The notes beneath the pieces were generated by a model, which did no database searches, was not told the DNA's origin, and saw only the letters and a program-made list of their open reading frames with translations. Below, piece after piece: positions 9,735 through 19,399 of a stretch of 39,007 nt of DNA (position 1 is its first letter; every line of letters starts with the position of its first letter). The translations under genes were made by a program, and so were the position numbers. Origin of the DNA: Calditrichaceae bacterium. Its GTDB lineage: Bacteria; Calditrichota; Calditrichia; Calditrichales; JBFXGD01. Location: NCBI GenBank assembly GCA_050178385.1, contig JBFXGD010000016.1, positions 1 to 39,007 on the forward strand. Direction: 5' to 3'.

Positions 9735-10721
9735 TCACCAGCGAAACACCGCTGTTGCAAATGAAAGCCCTCCCCCGGACCCCATGAAAACGATCAAATC
9801 ATTCTCTTTTAATTTGCCCAGCTTATTTGCTTCCGCCAGCGCCATAGGAATACATGCCGAGCCCGTGTACGCGTATCGATCCATCACCGTATGCGTCTGA
9901 TTCATGTTCAAACCCAACAGATCCAGTGTTTCCCGAATGCTGTTGATATTAATCTGAGTCAGAAAAACCATGCTGATATCGGTCAGAGAGTTTCCGGAAT
10001 TTTCAACAGCTTCTCTAATCATCCGGCTCCAGGTTGTGGGATTGATCTCCTTTGGAAATTTTCGGACGAATTTCAGCAGATGATCATTTGAATTTAACAC
10101 ATCCTGATTCACAGGCTTAAAGGTACCCCCCGCGTAAATCCCCATCCAGTCATGATACTGACCTTCTGTATGCAGAAGGGATTGTAAAAATCCGCGGTCT
10201 TCTTTCGTTGCCTGAAGTACAACCGCCCCCGCTCCGTCGGCGAATAATGTGACCGTTTTTTTATCTGTCATATCTAAATATTTTGACATGGCATAAGCGC
10301 CGATCACAAGAATATTGTTATACTTTTCATCCGCTTTTATATATTTGGAACCAATATCCAAACCGGTAACAAATCCCGCGCATGCCGTGTTTATATCAAA
10401 AGTTCCGGCATTCACCGCCCCGAGACGGTACTGGACAACTGACGACGTGCTCGGTGATATATATTCCGGCGTATCCGTTGACAATATAATAAGATCGATA
10501 TCTTTTGCTGTTAATCCGGCCCCGGATATGGCCTGCTCACCCGCGCGGCAAGCGAGATCGGCGGTGCTTTCATCATCCGCGCACCAGCGGCGTTCACGAA
10601 TAGTCAGATTCTCACTCAGCCAGGTATCCACATCCTCGCCAAGGAGATCATTAAAATATTGATTTGGCAGCACCTTTTCCGGGGCATAGAATGCTGTAGA
10701 GACAATTTTCGCGTTTCGCAT
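9735..10721 (-). CDS. 3-oxoacyl-synthase III (FabH/KAS III)-like protein with a non-canonical active site
   Basis: Motifs FDINTACAGF, LFADGAGA and GSGGGLS; the His and Asn positions read LTQIN and AYTGSAC. Confidence 0.88.
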   Translation of the reverse strand: MRNAKIVSTAFYAPEKVLPNQYFNDLLGEDVDTWLSENLTIRERRWCADDESTADLACRAGEQAISGAGLTAKDIDLIILSTDTPEYISPSTSSVVQYRLGAVNAGTFDINTACAGFVTGLDIGSKYIKADEKYNNILVIGAYAMSKYLDMTDKKTVTLFADGAGAVVLQATKEDRGFLQSLLHTEGQYHDWMGIYAGGTFKPVNQDVLNSNDHLLKFVRKFPKEINPTTWSRMIREAVENSGNSLTDISMVFLTQININSIRETLDLLGLNMNQTHTVMDRYAYTGSACIPMALAEANKLGKLKENDLIVFMGSGGGLSFATAVFRW

Positions 10722-10776
10722 TATTTAGTATCCTGCTATCAAATTCATAGATGTCTGCGGCAGACGGACAATTTAC

Positions 10777-11520
10777 TTAAAGAATCAGACCGCCGTCTAC
10801 ACATAACACATTACCATTGATAAAAGACGCCTCATCGGATGACAAGAAAAGATAAGCATTCGCGATATCTTCCGGTTCACCAAGTCTTGCAAGCGGTGTT
10901 TTATCTTTTACCGCGTTAATAACCTTTTCCGGCACTGTCTTAACCATTTCTGTGGCAATAAATCCGGGAGCTACCGCGTTTACACGGACGCCTTTGCGAC
11001 CGAGCTCTCTCGCCCAGGTTTTCGTCATGCCTATAATACCCGATTTTGCCGCCACATAGTTCGTCTGGCCGTAATTACCATAAAGAGCGACAACGGAACT
11101 TGTGTTAATAATGACCCCCGAACCCTGTTCGGCCATAATTCTTCCGACTGCCTGTGCGCAGACAAAGACACCTTTAAGATTCACTGAAATCACCTGATCC
11201 CACTGTTTCTCTTCCATCTTTAATAAGGAGGCATCACGTGTAATTCCCGCATTATTGATCAAAATATCGATATGACCGTATTTCTCTTTAATTTTCGCCA
11301 CCTGAACAGCCACATCCTCTACTTTCGAGACATCGACCATCCGGAATTCAACCTTATTCCCTTTTTGGGTTAGCTCGGCGGATAGTTTTTCCCCTTTTTC
11401 CCGATCAACATCCCAAATGGAAACGGTCGCCCCTTCTCTGGCAAAAACCCGCACTGTGGTTTCTCCGATTCCAGCCGCGCCGCCGGTTACAACAGCTACT
11501 TTTCCATCAAGTCGCTTCAT
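10777..11520 (-). CDS. SDR oxidoreductase, FabG/PhaB-like 3-oxoacyl reductase
   Basis: Motifs TGGAAGIG, NNAGITRD, YVAAK and NAVAPGFIAT; SD GGAGG. Confidence 0.9.
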   Translation of the reverse strand: MKRLDGKVAVVTGGAAGIGETTVRVFAREGATVSIWDVDREKGEKLSAELTQKGNKVEFRMVDVSKVEDVAVQVAKIKEKYGHIDILINNAGITRDASLLKMEEKQWDQVISVNLKGVFVCAQAVGRIMAEQGSGVIINTSSVVALYGNYGQTNYVAAKSGIIGMTKTWARELGRKGVRVNAVAPGFIATEMVKTVPEKVINAVKDKTPLARLGEPEDIANAYLFLSSDEASFINGNVLCVDGGLIL

Positions 11521-11542
11521 GTCGCCTCCGCTGTATTATTGA

Positions 11543-11566
11543 AACGTTTGAAATTTTCAAAACGTT
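11543..11566. promoter_or_regulatory. Palindromic operator candidate upstream of the SDR
   Basis: AACGTTTGAAATTTTCAAAACGTT, with core TTTGAA-N3-TTCAAA. Confidence 0.5.
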
Positions 11567-11603
11567 GTGTTTATAAAAAATTCTTTCCTCTAATAGAAGC
11601 CGT

Positions 11604-12074
11604 CTATTTTTGAGCGGTCCATTCTTTCAAAAAATCATTGAAATGTTTTACCATCAATGTATAAAACCGGGTCATTTCTTCCATGTTCTGTTTAAAGAAC
11701 TGAACTTCTTCCGTGGGATCATTCTTGACCACGCTATGGTATTTTTGCGCCAGTCTCAGATTTTCCTTCATAAGAGAAATTTGGTTGCGAAACGCGTTGC
11801 CAAATATATCCGGCGCCGCCTGATAATAGTCTTTTCTGTCCCCGGGAACCCAGATACGCTGAATGAGGTTGTGATCCCTAAGCCGGCGTGTGATCTGACT
11901 AACCGGCCCTTTACTTACATTCAGCTCAGTCGTTATGTCATCCAGGCTGATTGGACGGCCTAGAAAAACCAGCAAACCGACGATCCTTCCCATTAATTTG
12001 GGCAGCCCAAAAGTCTGATAGGCTTCACCGTAGTCCTGAATAAATTCTTGTTTTAAAGATGGTAAATGATTCAT
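11604..12074 (-). CDS. GbsR/MarR-family transcriptional regulator
   Basis: GLPKLMGRIVGLL, SLDDITTELNVSKGPVSQITRRL (wHTH) and PGDRKDYY. Confidence 0.88.
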   Translation of the reverse strand: MNHLPSLKQEFIQDYGEAYQTFGLPKLMGRIVGLLVFLGRPISLDDITTELNVSKGPVSQITRRLRDHNLIQRIWVPGDRKDYYQAAPDIFGNAFRNQISLMKENLRLAQKYHSVVKNDPTEEVQFFKQNMEEMTRFYTLMVKHFNDFLKEWTAQK

Positions 12075-12084
12075 GTTGTAATCT

Positions 12085-12136
12085 TTTGAAATAATTCAAA
12101 CTTTTAAAAGATAGTTTTTCTTTTTTGAAATTGCAA
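12085..12136 (-). promoter_or_regulatory. Sigma70 promoter plus operator for the regulator-led operon
   Basis: -35 TTGCAA (12136-12131), 17 nt, -10 TATCTT (12113-12108), then palindrome TTTGAA-N4-TTCAAA (12085-12100). Confidence 0.6.
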
Positions 12137-12236
12137 GAACAAAATAAATATTTTTTTACTGCTCATTCCGAAATATTTAGCGCATTATTAATTATTCCTG
12201 TGTCACCCGCAGAGACCTTATGTGTTGTTTCACTAT

Positions 12237-12265
12237 TTGCATATTTTAGGATACTACAGTAAATT
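12237..12265 (+). promoter_or_regulatory. Putative sigma70 promoter of metG
   Basis: TTGCAT-N17-TAAATT. Confidence 0.45.
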
Positions 12266-12323
12266 TCTGCTCGATTTATTCAATTTATGAATTAAAATTA
12301 TTTTATAGATTTCGGAGTTTCAA

Positions 12324-14381
12324 TTGTCTGAAAAAATTCTAGTAACCAGCGCTCTGCCCTATGCAAACGGGCCCATACATCTGGGGCATCTGGCCGGCGC
12401 CTATCTGCCCGCCGATATTTTTGTCCGCTACCACCGGCTAAAAGGTTCAGATATTGTATATATCTGCGGCTCCGATGAACATGGTGTGCCGATCATGCTG
12501 CGCGCCCGAAAAGAAAAAGTTTCCCCCCAGGAAATTGTTGATCGTTACCATTTTTTAAACAAAAAAAGTTTTGAAGCATTCGGGATTAGTTTTGACTATT
12601 ACGGACGGACATCATCGAAGACTCATCATGAAACCAGCCGTGAATTCTTTAAAAATCTCGCTAAAAAAAATGAATTTATCTTAAAATCAGAAGAACAGCT
12701 CTTTGATCCTGAAGCAAAAATTTTTCTGGCAGACCGCTTTGTGCGGGGTACCTGCCCGGTTTGTGGTTATGATGACGCCTATGGTGATCAGTGCGAAAAA
12801 TGCGGCAGTTCTCTCAGTCCAAAGGATCTTAAAAATCCACGCAGCGCCATTACCAACGCGGCGCCTGTCCTAAAAGAAACAACGCACTGGTATCTGCCGC
12901 TCGCCAAATATCAGGATAGGCTCGAAAAATGGATCGACACGCATCCCGAGTGGAAAACAAATGTCGTAAACCAGGTAAAAAGCTGGTTCAATGACGGCCT
13001 AAAAGACCGCGCCGTAACACGTGATCTCCCCTGGGGAGTAGCTGTACCCGAAGACATCGCAAAAGAACGAGGTGTGGATGCTTCCGGGAAAGTATTATAT
13101 GTCTGGTTTGACGCGCCCATCGGATACATATCTGCAACAAAGGAATGGGCGGAGGCCAGAGGTAATTCAGAGTTATGGAAAGAATACTGGCAGAATACAG
13201 AGACAAAACTTGTTCATTTTATTGGTAAAGATAACATCGTGTTCCACTGCCTTATCTTTCCGGCAATGCTGATGGTTCACGGTGATTATGTTCTTCCGGA
13301 AAACGTACCGGCCATGGAATTTCTCAATCTTGAGGGGAACAAGCTCTCCACAAGCCGGAACTATGCCGTATGGCTCGATGAATATCTTGAAAAATTTGAT
13401 CCTGATCCATTGCGTTATGTGCTGGCGAGCAATCTTCCTGAAGCCCGCGATACGGATTTTTCATGGAAGGATTTTCAAGCCCGGTATAACAATGAACTGG
13501 CCGATATACTCGGTAATTTTGTAAATCGTACCCTTACGTTTGCGCAAAAATATTTTGACGGAAAAGTCCCGTCGCTGAACGATACTGATGAAACTGATCG
13601 TGAACTCATCAACCTGATAGAGACTACGCCGGCGAAACTCGGCTCCAGCCTCGAGCAATATCAGTTTAAAAATTATGTTCGTGAACTGATGGATTTTGCC
13701 CGGTCCGCGAACAAGTATTTCAATGACAAGGAGCCTTGGAATACCCGCAAAACAGATCCGGATACCTGCGCCACGACCATCAATTTGTGTCTAAAGATGG
13801 TTTACAGTTTATCGATTTTATCAGAACCGCTGCTTCCGTTTACAGCAGCTAAAATCAGACATATGCTGGCCGTTGAACCTGATAGCATAACCTGGAAAGA
13901 TGCCGGAAATCCGAATTTGAAAGCCGGACATGCGATCAATCAACCGGAGATCCTTTTTAGTAAAATTGAGGATGGACCAATCGAATCAGAAGTTGAGCGT
14001 TTAAAAAATGCCATTAATTCCGGAAACAAGCCGGAAACGGATGAGATACAAGATAATCAATCAATCGATATAGAAACCTTTCAAAAAATTGATCTGCGTG
14101 TAGGAGAAATCATTCAGGCGGAAAAAATTAAAAAAGCGGACCGCTTATTAAAACTGCAGGTCAAAATCGGGGATGAGCAGAGACAGATAGTTGCCGGTAT
14201 TGCCAAATCGTATGACCCGGAAAAGCTGATCGGCAGAAAAGTTGTAGTTATCGCGAATCTTAAACCGGTTACTCTGCGGGGAATTGAATCTCAGGGAATG
14301 CTCCTTGCCGCGAGCGGTGAATCCGGTTTGAGCCTGTTAACCATCATGGATGATGTGGAATCAGGCAGCAAAATAAGTTAA
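12324..14381 (+). CDS. metG: Methionine--tRNA ligase
   Basis: ALPYANGPIHLGH, zinc knuckle CPVC/CEKC, LYVWFDAPIGY, KLSTS and a C-terminal tRNA-binding OB domain (ESQGMLL); TTG start with GGAG SD. Confidence 0.97.
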   Translation: MSEKILVTSALPYANGPIHLGHLAGAYLPADIFVRYHRLKGSDIVYICGSDEHGVPIMLRARKEKVSPQEIVDRYHFLNKKSFEAFGISFDYYGRTSSKTHHETSREFFKNLAKKNEFILKSEEQLFDPEAKIFLADRFVRGTCPVCGYDDAYGDQCEKCGSSLSPKDLKNPRSAITNAAPVLKETTHWYLPLAKYQDRLEKWIDTHPEWKTNVVNQVKSWFNDGLKDRAVTRDLPWGVAVPEDIAKERGVDASGKVLYVWFDAPIGYISATKEWAEARGNSELWKEYWQNTETKLVHFIGKDNIVFHCLIFPAMLMVHGDYVLPENVPAMEFLNLEGNKLSTSRNYAVWLDEYLEKFDPDPLRYVLASNLPEARDTDFSWKDFQARYNNELADILGNFVNRTLTFAQKYFDGKVPSLNDTDETDRELINLIETTPAKLGSSLEQYQFKNYVRELMDFARSANKYFNDKEPWNTRKTDPDTCATTINLCLKMVYSLSILSEPLLPFTAAKIRHMLAVEPDSITWKDAGNPNLKAGHAINQPEILFSKIEDGPIESEVERLKNAINSGNKPETDEIQDNQSIDIETFQKIDLRVGEIIQAEKIKKADRLLKLQVKIGDEQRQIVAGIAKSYDPEKLIGRKVVVIANLKPVTLRGIESQGMLLAASGESGLSLLTIMDDVESGSKIS

Positions 14382-14407
14382 GTGTGAGAAAAAATTAAAG
14401 GATTAAT

Positions 14408-15175
14408 ATGTTCATTGACACACATGCGCATCTTGATTTTGATTCCTTTGACAACGACAGAGAAGTTGTCATTCAGCGCGCCATTCAAAACCAGGTTCTT
14501 GCAATCATCACCATCGGCACTGATTTAAAATCATCAAAAAACGCCGTCCTTCTTGCCGAAAAATACGCGTCCATCTACGCCGCTGTTGGTATTCATCCAT
14601 CGGATTGCGCGGAGGCGGAAGAGAATGATTTTGAAGAAATCCGGGAATTAGCCAAACATGAGAAAGTGATTGCCATAGGTGAAGTCGGACTCGATTATTA
14701 CCGGATGCATGCTGAAAAAGACAAACAAAAGGACACATTCGGCCGACAGATTGAACTGGCCAGAGAGCTGAATCTCCCGTTAATTATTCATAACCGTGAA
14801 GCGCACAAAGATGTTTACGATATGATTGTAAGCGAAAAGGCCACTGAAGTCGGCGGAGTTTTGCATTCATTTACCGGTGATGAAAGCTATCTCGAAAACA
14901 TTCTCCTGACAAACTTCCATATATCATTTACCGGAGCCATTACTTATAAAAATAATGATTCTGAAGCATTGATTGCTAACGTCCCATTGGAAAGACTGCT
15001 TCTTGAAACGGACAGCCCTTTTCTTACCCCCATGCCGTTGCGCGGTAAAAGAAATGAGCCATCTCTGATTGTTCACACCGCAAAAAGAATCGCGGAAATC
15101 CGGGGAATTACAGTTGATCAACTCGCCGAAGTTACATCTGAAAACGCGGGGGCTTTATTTCGAATAAAATTCTAA
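14408..15175 (+). CDS. tatD: TatD family hydrolase/nuclease
   Basis: Motifs DTHAHLD, VGIHP, IGEVGLDY, IIHNREA, HSF and ETDSPFL. Confidence 0.93.
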   Translation: MFIDTHAHLDFDSFDNDREVVIQRAIQNQVLAIITIGTDLKSSKNAVLLAEKYASIYAAVGIHPSDCAEAEENDFEEIRELAKHEKVIAIGEVGLDYYRMHAEKDKQKDTFGRQIELARELNLPLIIHNREAHKDVYDMIVSEKATEVGGVLHSFTGDESYLENILLTNFHISFTGAITYKNNDSEALIANVPLERLLLETDSPFLTPMPLRGKRNEPSLIVHTAKRIAEIRGITVDQLAEVTSENAGALFRIKF

Positions 15176-15225
15176 TCGAACCGGGTGGGAATTTTTATAT
15201 TAGCTTTAATCCGAGGCTTGCCTGA

Positions 15226-16032
15226 ATGGACAGTAATCAGCGCCCATTGAAACGATTTGGTCAGAACTTTCTGAATAATCCATATATACGTCAGGAAATT
15301 GTAAAAGCCGGTATTATTTTATCCGACGATGTTGTCCTGGAGATCGGACCCGGCAAAGGCGCGCTTACAGAGCTGATAATAAAGGCGTCCCCGGCTGATT
15401 TTATCGCTGTCGAAATCGACACCAGAATGTCTGATTACATCAAGGAGCATTTTCCTGAAGGTGTCCGGATGCTTAACCAGGACTTTATGACTTTGGATTT
15501 GCCGCAGCTTTCTAAACAGTTCGGCAGAAAATTGAAAGTTTTTGGGAACATACCATACAATATCACCAGTCCAATCCTATTCAGTTTGATTGATAATCAC
15601 AAGTCCATTGATTCAGCGGTTCTTATGACGCAGAAAGAGGTAGCAAAACGCATCGTCTCAAAACCCGGCTCAAAGGATTACGGCATATTATCGGTGATAT
15701 GTCAGACTTACAGCCGGACAGAGTACTTGTTTGATGTTAAACGCGGGAATTTTTTTCCGGTCCCAAATGTTGATTCCGCAGTCTTTAAAATGGAGTTCAT
15801 CGACGCGATTCCAAATGTTGACAATTTAACCCTTTTCAGGACCGTGGTGAGAGGTACATTTAACTACCGGCGAAAAATGTTAAGAAATTCTTTGTGTAGA
15901 AAATTTGACAAAAGTATTGTATATTCCTTAGAGGCTGTGGATCTTAACAGCCGGCCGGAAGATCTGACTATTGATGAGTTTAAAAAACTTTCTAACGAAA
16001 TAAATCATAAACTGAATCAAAATTATGGATGA
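15226..16032 (+). CDS. rsmA: 16S rRNA m6(2)A1518/A1519 dimethyltransferase
   Basis: Motifs KRFGQNFL, LEIGPGKGALT, GNIPYNITSP, QKEVAKR and PVPNVDSAV. Confidence 0.95.
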   Translation: MDSNQRPLKRFGQNFLNNPYIRQEIVKAGIILSDDVVLEIGPGKGALTELIIKASPADFIAVEIDTRMSDYIKEHFPEGVRMLNQDFMTLDLPQLSKQFGRKLKVFGNIPYNITSPILFSLIDNHKSIDSAVLMTQKEVAKRIVSKPGSKDYGILSVICQTYSRTEYLFDVKRGNFFPVPNVDSAVFKMEFIDAIPNVDNLTLFRTVVRGTFNYRRKMLRNSLCRKFDKSIVYSLEAVDLNSRPEDLTIDEFKKLSNEINHKLNQNYG

Positions 16033-17377
16033 AATTAACTTCGAAAGCATTATAACGGATATTGAAAAGCTCATCGAGAGCAAACAAGCAGGACCACTGC
16101 TCAATATTCTTATTGATTTACATCCGGCCGATATCGAAGACATCCTGAATCGTTTAAAAAAGGAAGACCGGAAATATCTTTTCCATCTCCTTCCTACAGA
16201 ACTCGCCAGTGAAGTTCTTTCGGAACTTGACACCCCCCTTGTCGAACAGGTACTTGAAGATTCCAGCGAGAAAAAGATCTCTCTGCTTGTGGATCAGATG
16301 GAATCTGATGACGCGGCGGACCTTCTTGCCGAACTGCCTGAAGAAATTGCCATTAAAGTTCTTGACCACATGGCTGTTGAGGGGCAGCAGGATGTCAAAG
16401 AACTGCTTCACTACAAAGACGACACCGCCGGCGGAATTATGGCACTGGAGTTTCTCTCCATGCCGGAAACAGCTACGGTCAATGAAACCATAGAAAAAAT
16501 ACGTGAAGTCCGTGATGACTTTGATGATCTTTATAATATCTGGGTAGTCGATGAAAACAATTCACTGATAGGCAGTGTATCTCTGACTGATCTGGTCCTG
16601 GCCAAAGGCTATACAACGCTTAGGGAAATCATGGATGTGGATATTCAGTATGTCACTGTGGATATGGACCAGGAAAATGTGGCGAATTTCTTCAAGAAAT
16701 ATGACCTGATCAGCGTACCCGTTATCAACGAAGCCGGAAAATTGGTCGGCCGAATCACCATTGACGATATCGTCGATGTATTGGAGGAAGAGGGTTCTGA
16801 AGACATCTCCAGATTATCCGGTGCGCCTGACGAAGAAATTTTGGAGGAATCACCTTTTGTTCTATCCAGAGCGCGGCTCCCCTGGCTTGCAGTTGCTTTT
16901 TTTGGCGAAATTGCCGCTGCAATGATTCTTGATTCATTTTCAGCTACCCTGTCTCAAAAAGTGATGGCGGCATTTTTTATACCCATCATCATGGCTATGG
17001 GCGGATCAACCGGCCAGCAGGCCAGTGTTATTGTTGTGCGTGGTCTTTCGACGGGAGATATCAGTATCAGCGATACAAAGAGCCGGCTGTTCAAAGAATT
17101 CAGGATCTCACTAATCAACAGTCTGGTCTTTTCTTCTATGATTTTTTTAATTGTCTATGTTTGGGACGGCCCTGTATTCGCGTCAATCCTGGCGATTTCC
17201 ATGTTTATAGTCATTAATAATGCGGCGGTTATAGGCGCCCTGGTTCCTTTGATGTTTAAACGATTTAAGATCGACCCTGCATTGGCGTCGGCTCCCTTTG
17301 TATCCACATTCAATGATATTTTTGGGCTGCTCATTTATCTGACAATCACTACTATTTCTTTAAATCTTGCCCTTTAA
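16025..17377 (+). CDS. mgtE: Magnesium transporter MgtE
   Basis: HPADI, TAGGIM, CBS pair, GRITIDD, ARLPWL, MGGSTGQQ and DPALASAPFVSTFND. Confidence 0.95.
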   Translation: MDEINFESIITDIEKLIESKQAGPLLNILIDLHPADIEDILNRLKKEDRKYLFHLLPTELASEVLSELDTPLVEQVLEDSSEKKISLLVDQMESDDAADLLAELPEEIAIKVLDHMAVEGQQDVKELLHYKDDTAGGIMALEFLSMPETATVNETIEKIREVRDDFDDLYNIWVVDENNSLIGSVSLTDLVLAKGYTTLREIMDVDIQYVTVDMDQENVANFFKKYDLISVPVINEAGKLVGRITIDDIVDVLEEEGSEDISRLSGAPDEEILEESPFVLSRARLPWLAVAFFGEIAAAMILDSFSATLSQKVMAAFFIPIIMAMGGSTGQQASVIVVRGLSTGDISISDTKSRLFKEFRISLINSLVFSSMIFLIVYVWDGPVFASILAISMFIVINNAAVIGALVPLMFKRFKIDPALASAPFVSTFNDIFGLLIYLTITTISLNLAL

Positions 17378-18468
17378 GGCTGCCCTAACACCGCTGACTG
17401 CTCGGAATCTTCAATTTTCACATACTCTTTTTCGGATGAGCTTCGGGATAATTTTCTGGTTTCACCATGTTTTAAAATCCAAAATTCATCATTTGCAAAG
17501 TTCTTTTCTCTCAGAGCTTTTTCCAACGCTTTCGGCGGTTCATCAAGAGGTTCATCCGCCAGTTCGAATGTCCCCCAGTGAATCGCGACAAACTTTTTTG
17601 CTTTAAGATCCAAGAAAGCATCGACTGCTTCATCAGGGCTTAAGTGAACAGGCCTCATAAACCAGCGGGGCAGATAAGCGCCAATGGGCAATGCCACCAG
17701 GTCAAACGGTCCGTATCTTTTTCCGATTTCCTTCAAACCGGGGAAATATCCCGTATCGCCGGCAAAATAAAAATTCTGGTTTTTTCCCTGCACTACCCAT
17801 CCGCTCCAAAGGGTTTTGTTGCGGCTAAAAAGTGATCTCCCGGAAAAATGTTGCGCCGGCACGCAAGCAATTTCAACCCCATTAAATTTCATGGAATCCC
17901 ACCAGTCCAATTCTAAAAAATGCGTTATCCCCCATTCCCGCAGAATTGCCCCAATCCCCAATGGCACAATATACAAAGGTTTATTCCCCAGCAATTTAAT
18001 TGTAGCCTTGTCAAGATGATCATAGTGATCATGCGAAATCAGAACCACATCAATTTCCGGCAGATCATCAAATGCCAGACCGGGCGGCACATACCTTTTC
18101 GGACCGGCAAAATTAACTGGTGAACATCGTTCGCTCCAAATCGGATCAGTAAGTATATTGATGCCGTCAATTTGAATGACCAATGTTGAATGCCCGATCC
18201 AGGTTACCGTAAATGCATCCGTATTTTCGCGGAGAATATGACCGTCGTTGGGTATCATTTGAAAATTATAATGATCCGGTTTATCGGGCTTTTTACCGGC
18301 AAGGCGATCAACAACCGACCATTTTAGGAAGTCCGTGAATCCCCTCTCCGTAAATCCCGGATCCGGATTGACAAATCCATCTGAAGTATGGTGCATTAAC
18401 CGCTTGCCTCCTGATTGAGAGATGAGAACTATTGGAAGGAACAGTATAATAATTAGTATTTTATTCAT
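17374..18468 (-). CDS. MBL-fold metallo-hydrolase (NAPE-PLD/RomA-like), exported
   Basis: Motifs TWIGHST, TDPIWSER, SHDHYDHLD, FAGDTGY and IHWGTF. Signal peptide from ATG 18468. Shares TTAA stops with mgtE. Confidence 0.9.
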   Translation of the reverse strand: MNKILIIILFLPIVLISQSGGKRLMHHTSDGFVNPDPGFTERGFTDFLKWSVVDRLAGKKPDKPDHYNFQMIPNDGHILRENTDAFTVTWIGHSTLVIQIDGINILTDPIWSERCSPVNFAGPKRYVPPGLAFDDLPEIDVVLISHDHYDHLDKATIKLLGNKPLYIVPLGIGAILREWGITHFLELDWWDSMKFNGVEIACVPAQHFSGRSLFSRNKTLWSGWVVQGKNQNFYFAGDTGYFPGLKEIGKRYGPFDLVALPIGAYLPRWFMRPVHLSPDEAVDAFLDLKAKKFVAIHWGTFELADEPLDEPPKALEKALREKNFANDEFWILKHGETRKLSRSSSEKEYVKIEDSEQSAVLGQP

Positions 18469-18565
18469 ATTGAATACTCCGGGAACAAACATCTTTGCAC
18501 TTATTAACGCTAAGACATACTTTAATATTCTTTGATCTTAGAAAATTGGGCGGGCATCCGGATAA

Positions 18566-19264
18566 TCAGATTTTCATCGCATCCTGAAATGAACCGACTA
18601 TACTATCCTGCAAATTACTCCATCGCGTTTGATTTCCATAGACGTGTTTTTGATTCACTTCAAGCTCGATACCGATATAACAATCTTCCGGTAATCTTTT
18701 CCTGAAATATGCTGTTAATCCTTCAGGTTTCCCGGAATAGGGATAATTGAAGCGTATTTTTAACCCGGAATCCATTCGCATAAGAGAACTTTTCCACAAG
18801 CAGCAGAATTCTTTCTCTCTTTTTCTTGAATTGTCATACAAGAACGCGGTATCAGCTTTTCTTTCAACATCCTTCAGAACAGGCGTAAAACTATGAACAG
18901 ATATGTGGATAACTTCATCATCGCAGTTAACATGATAGACAATTTCATTCTCCAGCCGCTTACGGTATGAGTAATAATATTTATCTAAAATTTTTTCTTT
19001 CTCATTACGGCTCAGCCCTCTTGTGACCTCGGAAAAAATTGATCTCCTTTTTAAAGATCTGTTCAAATCAACAAGAAGCCGGGAGAAGGTTGATGAATAG
19101 CAGGAAACCGTAAGCGTACCCGCGAATTTTTGGCTTAATTCGAGCGCTCCGGGATCGTACGCTTTATGCGTGGTCAGTAAATTCTCATAACCCGAAAAAA
19201 GCGAAATATACTCATCCGGAATCCGGTTCCCGCCATGCTCACAGGTGATGATAATTTTCTTCAT
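18566..19264 (-). CDS. N-formylglutamate amidohydrolase family protein
   Basis: Motifs ITCEHGGN, YDPGA, SRLLVDLNR, SVHSFTP and GIELEVNQ. Confidence 0.85.
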   Translation of the reverse strand: MKKIIITCEHGGNRIPDEYISLFSGYENLLTTHKAYDPGALELSQKFAGTLTVSCYSSTFSRLLVDLNRSLKRRSIFSEVTRGLSRNEKEKILDKYYYSYRKRLENEIVYHVNCDDEVIHISVHSFTPVLKDVERKADTAFLYDNSRKREKEFCCLWKSSLMRMDSGLKIRFNYPYSGKPEGLTAYFRKRLPEDCYIGIELEVNQKHVYGNQTRWSNLQDSIVGSFQDAMKI

Positions 19265-19399
19265 TTGCAATCATATTGATTAGATATCTGCGCATTACAA
19301 TTTTTCATTATTCTCTTTATTAAAACCGCTATTCAAATTATTCAGATGATGAAATAAATGCAAGGAATGAAAAATTTTGCGTTTGGCGTCGTCATTAAA

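Noticed and set aside
12140..12323. SAM riboswitch or T-box upstream of metG
   Set aside because: No recognisable conserved motifs; the predicted promoter leaves only about 50 nt of leader.
17374..17377. mgtE and the MBL hydrolase sharing TTAA as overlapping stop codons
   Set aside because: A common convergent-gene arrangement; not informative.
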